Shown here piece after piece: positions 61,101 through 64,000 of a stretch of DNA of 64,000 bases. The notes beneath the pieces were generated by a model. The model did not search any database. It was not told where the DNA came from and saw nothing but the letters and a program-made list of their open reading frames with translations. The stretch's first letter is position 1, and every line of letters starts with the position of its first letter. The stretch spans positions 306,776,001-306,840,000 of the forward strand of contig NC_091472.1 of NCBI RefSeq assembly GCF_036971445.1. The letters run 5' to 3'. Source of the stretch: Narcine bancroftii (taxonomy: Eukaryota). A program made the translations under genes and the position numbers.

Positions 61101-63239
61101 TTGCTCCCTGACTTCCCTTAAAGTCCTGGGAAAAATCCCATCAGGACCAGGAGTCTTGGTCACGTTTATTGACCCTAGAAGCTCCAAAACCCTCTCTTTA
61201 CTAATTCCTATCCTTTCCATAACTAACCCCTTTGCCTGACTTATCTCACATTGTCCAATGTCCCTTTCCATTGTTTTTCATGTTGTCAGTAGGAGAGACA
61301 TAGAAGAAATCAACTAAACTTGACTGCTTCCACAGGGAAGGGGGGTGGGGCATAAACTTTGAGCAGAGTCCTAAGGGGTTGAGAATCGTCTAAAGCATAG
61401 CCAAATTGTGGATCTTTTTACCACATGAGTGGTTGCAGCAGATAGTCATTTCCTATCAGAGGGAGACTGGATAAGCATGCAATTGGTCAGGCAAAGAGTA
61501 TTTGGACAACAGACTTGGATGTGGAAAGATGAAAAGATGGTTCTGTGGAACATAACTGATAGTATGGAACTGGTTGGCCTCAATGGCCAATATCTGTGTC
61601 ATTTGTCCCCTCCTATTAATAATGAGATCATTTGATGACATTTTGTTTTCCCAGAGGTTCATTGTCTGGGCGTATGCATGATGGTCTAGTGATTTGGCAA
61701 TGGTATGTTTGTAAGACTGCAATTTCTATTTGTAAGTCTTTAAGGATTGACAGGGTGGAGTAGAGAGAGGGTTGAGGATACAGTTGTTGGGTAGAGGGAG
61801 TGGCAATTAAGAAAACCTTTTCTGGTATGGATAGCTGGTTAAAAAAAAAGGAAATGCCAACATTTAACTGTTACTACATGAGCACAGCTGGTGTCGATTG
61901 TGCTGTGACTGCATTGCAGCATATTTAATTAGTTAATAGCAGCACACAATTGACTGCTACTTGAATGGTATAAGTTTTACTGGCAAGTTCTAGTCAAAGC
62001 ATTCCAACTTTGTGATTTGTGTTTTGCAATTATTTAGCTACTCTAGAGTTCTGCTTTTTCTAGTGCCTTGAATCTTGATTTGCAGATGATTTCAATGTCA
62101 GACTTGATTTGCGTTTAAGTTTAAAGTTTGCTTTCAGCAGGAAACTGGACACAAATTACCAGAAAGAAACTAATGTTGTGACATCGCGTCCTCATGTACA
62201 CAGGATACGGACATATTCAGACACTGAATCATATAGTGATGGTGCGCTAGATGACCCAGAAAGTAAGCACTGAAATCTATCCTATTGAAAAATAATTTAT
62301 CTGGATTTATTCTAATTCTTTGTATAAAAATTTTGTAATTGGGAGAGCTTGAGGCCCTGTATAAAATCCTGTTTCTTTCAAGGGTTTTGAAAGACTACCC
62401 CCCCCCCGGCCCCCAGCTGCTTTAATTTTTGTTTCGCTTTGCCTCTATGAAATGTTTTGGGGCATATTTCTATATTATAATTAATTATCTATGGACGGTG
62501 TGTTTTGTAATGGATTAAAACTTATAATCATGCAAACCTATCAACCTGATTGTTGTTGTAAGCCACCGTAAGACCTACATTGAAGTAGGAGGAAAATGGC
62601 TTACCCTATCGTGAGGGCAGTACAGTGGCTCAACTGATGGGCAGCTGACTCACAGCTCTGGTGACCTAGGCCTATTCCTGACCTCTGGTTCAGTCTGTGT
62701 GGAGTTTGCGTGTTCTCCCGGTGACTGCACGGGTTTCCTCTCGGTGCCCTGGTTTTATTTCCCAAATTCCTAAAATGTATTGGTCGGTAGTTTAATCGGG
62801 CCACTGTAAATTGCATCTGCTGTGTATGTAATGGGAGAATATAGGGCAGAGAAAGGCAGGCATTGTAATTTGATGGAAAATAATGAATGGGGTTAAAAGG
62901 GTACTTGAAATAATACAAACCTGGTGAAGTGAATGTGGTACACAGTGCTTGTCAATTTGTAATCTTTGGTCATTAGCAAATATATCTTCAGTTCTCTACA
63001 GAGCAACATCTAAACCTTGTTTGTGGCCAGAAATACAGTTCTTGGGGGTAAAATAAATATATTGAACCTAAAATTGTAAATGATTTGTTTTGACTCTTGC
63101 AGAGATTTCTCAAATTTCTCGAAATTCTTTATTGACTGCAAATGGTGAATTCCCTCCATTGACCATTCCAGAAGAAAATGCTGCAATTGCTAGGAAGAAA
63201 ACCGAGACTGAAAGTCCCTTTGTTGCACTTTCTAGCTGA
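42941..63239 (+). CDS. PLEKHA3: pleckstrin homology domain-containing A3 (FAPP1); join 42941-42980,55751-55867,56122-56277,56717-56853,59248-59412,59580-59623,62138-62262,63103-63239; 921 nt, 306 aa
   Basis: [36 protein letters not shown]... PH domain; all exons join in frame; no GLTP domain, so PLEKHA3 rather than PLEKHA8. Confidence 0.96.
43065..49170. repeat. ~6.1-kb minisatellite, ~80 units of ~70-90 bp, PLEKHA3 intron 1
   Basis: Core AACCTCAGGGNGAATGGGTWGGGTTCAGGTTCGGCCYCTTTAGRAGGAACCTGCTCTTACCT plus a variable poly-C tract; unit count estimated from length. Confidence 0.98.
49276..51232. repeat. inverted pair of ~165-bp Penelope-derived segments (49276-49440 / 51068-51232)
   Basis: Reverse-complement match; both read [23 protein letters not shown]. 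Confidence 0.8.
51290..52140 (+). mobile_element. Penelope-like element remnant (GIY-YIG C-terminal part) with inverted pLTR segment
   Basis: [11 protein letters not shown]...LPVATHF...[16 protein letters not shown]; ~51290-51408 is the reverse complement of ~51934-52033. Confidence 0.75.
52720..52935 (+). mobile_element. V-SINE/HE1-like SINE
   Basis: GGAGTTTG...GTGTGGGTTTCCTCC...GGTTTCCTCCCAC V-domain-like core; A-rich tail. Confidence 0.7.
52997..55661 (-). mobile_element. hAT (Charlie/GTF2IRD2-like) DNA transposon with decayed transposase and nested CR1 and RTE pieces
   Basis: TIRs CAGGGTGGCCAA / TTGGCCATCCCTG; perfect 8-bp TSD CTCTACAC (52989-52996, 55662-55669); minus-strand [19 protein letters not shown]. 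Confidence 0.88.
55751..55867 (+). CDS. PLEKHA3: PLEKHA3 exon 2 (GC donor)
   Basis: TAG| [16 protein letters not shown]...MAVCEIK G|GCAAGT; 117 nt. Confidence 0.93.
56122..56277 (+). CDS. PLEKHA3: PLEKHA3 exon 3
   Basis: CAG| [21 protein letters not shown]...TRTKKEK |GTAACA; 156 nt. Confidence 0.95.
56717..56853 (+). CDS. PLEKHA3: PLEKHA3 exon 4
   Basis: CAG| [26 protein letters not shown]...PSAE |GTACAG; 137 nt. Confidence 0.95.
57175..59040 (+). mobile_element. CR1 LINE (esterase + endonuclease, RT deleted, 3' tail kept); sister of 36150-39790
   Basis: Collinear with ~36580-38230, then jumps to the 3' end. Confidence 0.88.
59248..59412 (+). CDS. PLEKHA3: PLEKHA3 exon 5
   Basis: TAG| [31 protein letters not shown]...SPSPVQM |GTTCGG; 165 nt. 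Confidence 0.93.
59580..59623 (+). CDS. PLEKHA3: PLEKHA3 exon 6
   Basis: CAG| [16 protein letters not shown]|GTAAGC; 44 nt. Confidence 0.9.
59730..61275 (-). mobile_element. CR1 LINE RT + 3' end
   Basis: [42 protein letters not shown]. Confidence 0.9.
62138..62262 (+). CDS. PLEKHA3: PLEKHA3 exon 7 (NAGNAG acceptor; alternative start 62141)
   Basis: [10 protein letters not shown]...[21 protein letters not shown]|GTAAGC. Confidence 0.88.
62615..62890 (+). mobile_element. V-SINE/HE1-like SINE
   Basis: tRNA-like head, then GTCTGTGTGGAGTTTGCGTGTTCTCCC...GGGTTTCCTC. Confidence 0.7.
63103..63239 (+). CDS. PLEKHA3: PLEKHA3 last exon
   Basis: CAG| [24 protein letters not shown]...LSS*; 137 nt. Confidence 0.88.
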
Positions 63240-63464
63240 AAATCCAAATTCAAATGGATTCAAGATCCGGTCACTCTGCTAATATTGCTATGCAATTACT
63301 GCTGGCATTTAGATTTCTCACCAAGGGGAAATGTTTCCCTGTTATATGGCTTTCTCTGCACTTTATAACACCACATCAAATCAGAAAACTTGTCGAGCTT
63401 ACTTAACTTTATTTCTATTATGTATTTTCAGTAAGTTACAACTGTATTTTCTACAGTATTGTGT

Positions 63465-63470
63465 AATAAA
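63465..63470 (+). terminator. candidate PLEKHA3 polyadenylation signal
   Basis: AATAAA ~225 nt after the stop codon. Confidence 0.45.
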
Positions 63471-64000
63471 TCCATTGAGAGGATCAGTGATCATCTGATT
63501 CAAAGCTCTGCCATAGAGAATAATGGTGCCATTAAGTGTTCATAGCAACTGTGAAATTGAGGGGGGAAAATAATAATGCAGCATATAACTAAAGGCGGCA
63601 CCATTAGAGATGTGTACTTTCGTGACTGGCGGCTAGGAGAGATTTGAGAGGAGTTGAATCCTTGAAGTTTTACAAATTCATTGTGAACACCAATGTATCC
63701 TTGGAGAATGAGCAAACTGGGGTTAGATGTTTCTGTTTACACCTTTTATTTGACTTTGTAGTTTATACATGTTGAATGAAACCTGTTATGTACATGAGTG
63801 CTGAATACTGTTTGAGGATGAAGTTTGCATTGCGCTTCATCTATTCTAGTAGCAGCCAATTAGTACTGGTTATACCAGAACTTGGATATATGTAGAAACA
63901 GTTTCTGAGACATAAAGTAAAAACAATTATGCTCTGCTTTACCTTTTATGAAAGAAAAGTTATGTACACTCCAATCTTAAAAGGCAATGAAACAGTGTAT

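Overview
Vertebrate genomic DNA, most likely a cartilaginous fish (inferred from V-SINE/HE1-like SINEs and the CR1, Rex1, RTE and Penelope landscape; species cannot be fixed from sequence alone). It holds three spliced genes in the known vertebrate order. PJVK/DFNB59 (+, 6 coding exons, 8439-22655, 370 aa). FKBP7 (-, 4 exons, 42515-29425, ends in HDEL, but has a 1-bp frameshift at the end of exon 1 in this sequence). PLEKHA3/FAPP1 (+, 8 exons, 42941-63239, 306 aa, GC-AG intron 2). FKBP7 and PLEKHA3 share a ~430-bp CpG-rich head-to-head promoter flanked by two minisatellites: a ~0.65-kb GC-box array and a ~6.1-kb hairpin/poly-C array. The rest is mostly decayed transposable elements, several nested and with readable TSDs. 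Best leads: the piggyBac-like Cys/His domain in the PJVK last exon, the FKBP7 frameshift, the mirrored minisatellites around the promoter, and a duplicated PJVK pseudo-exon. No CRISPR, rRNA or tRNA genes were seen. All comparisons with other species are from recall, not from searches.
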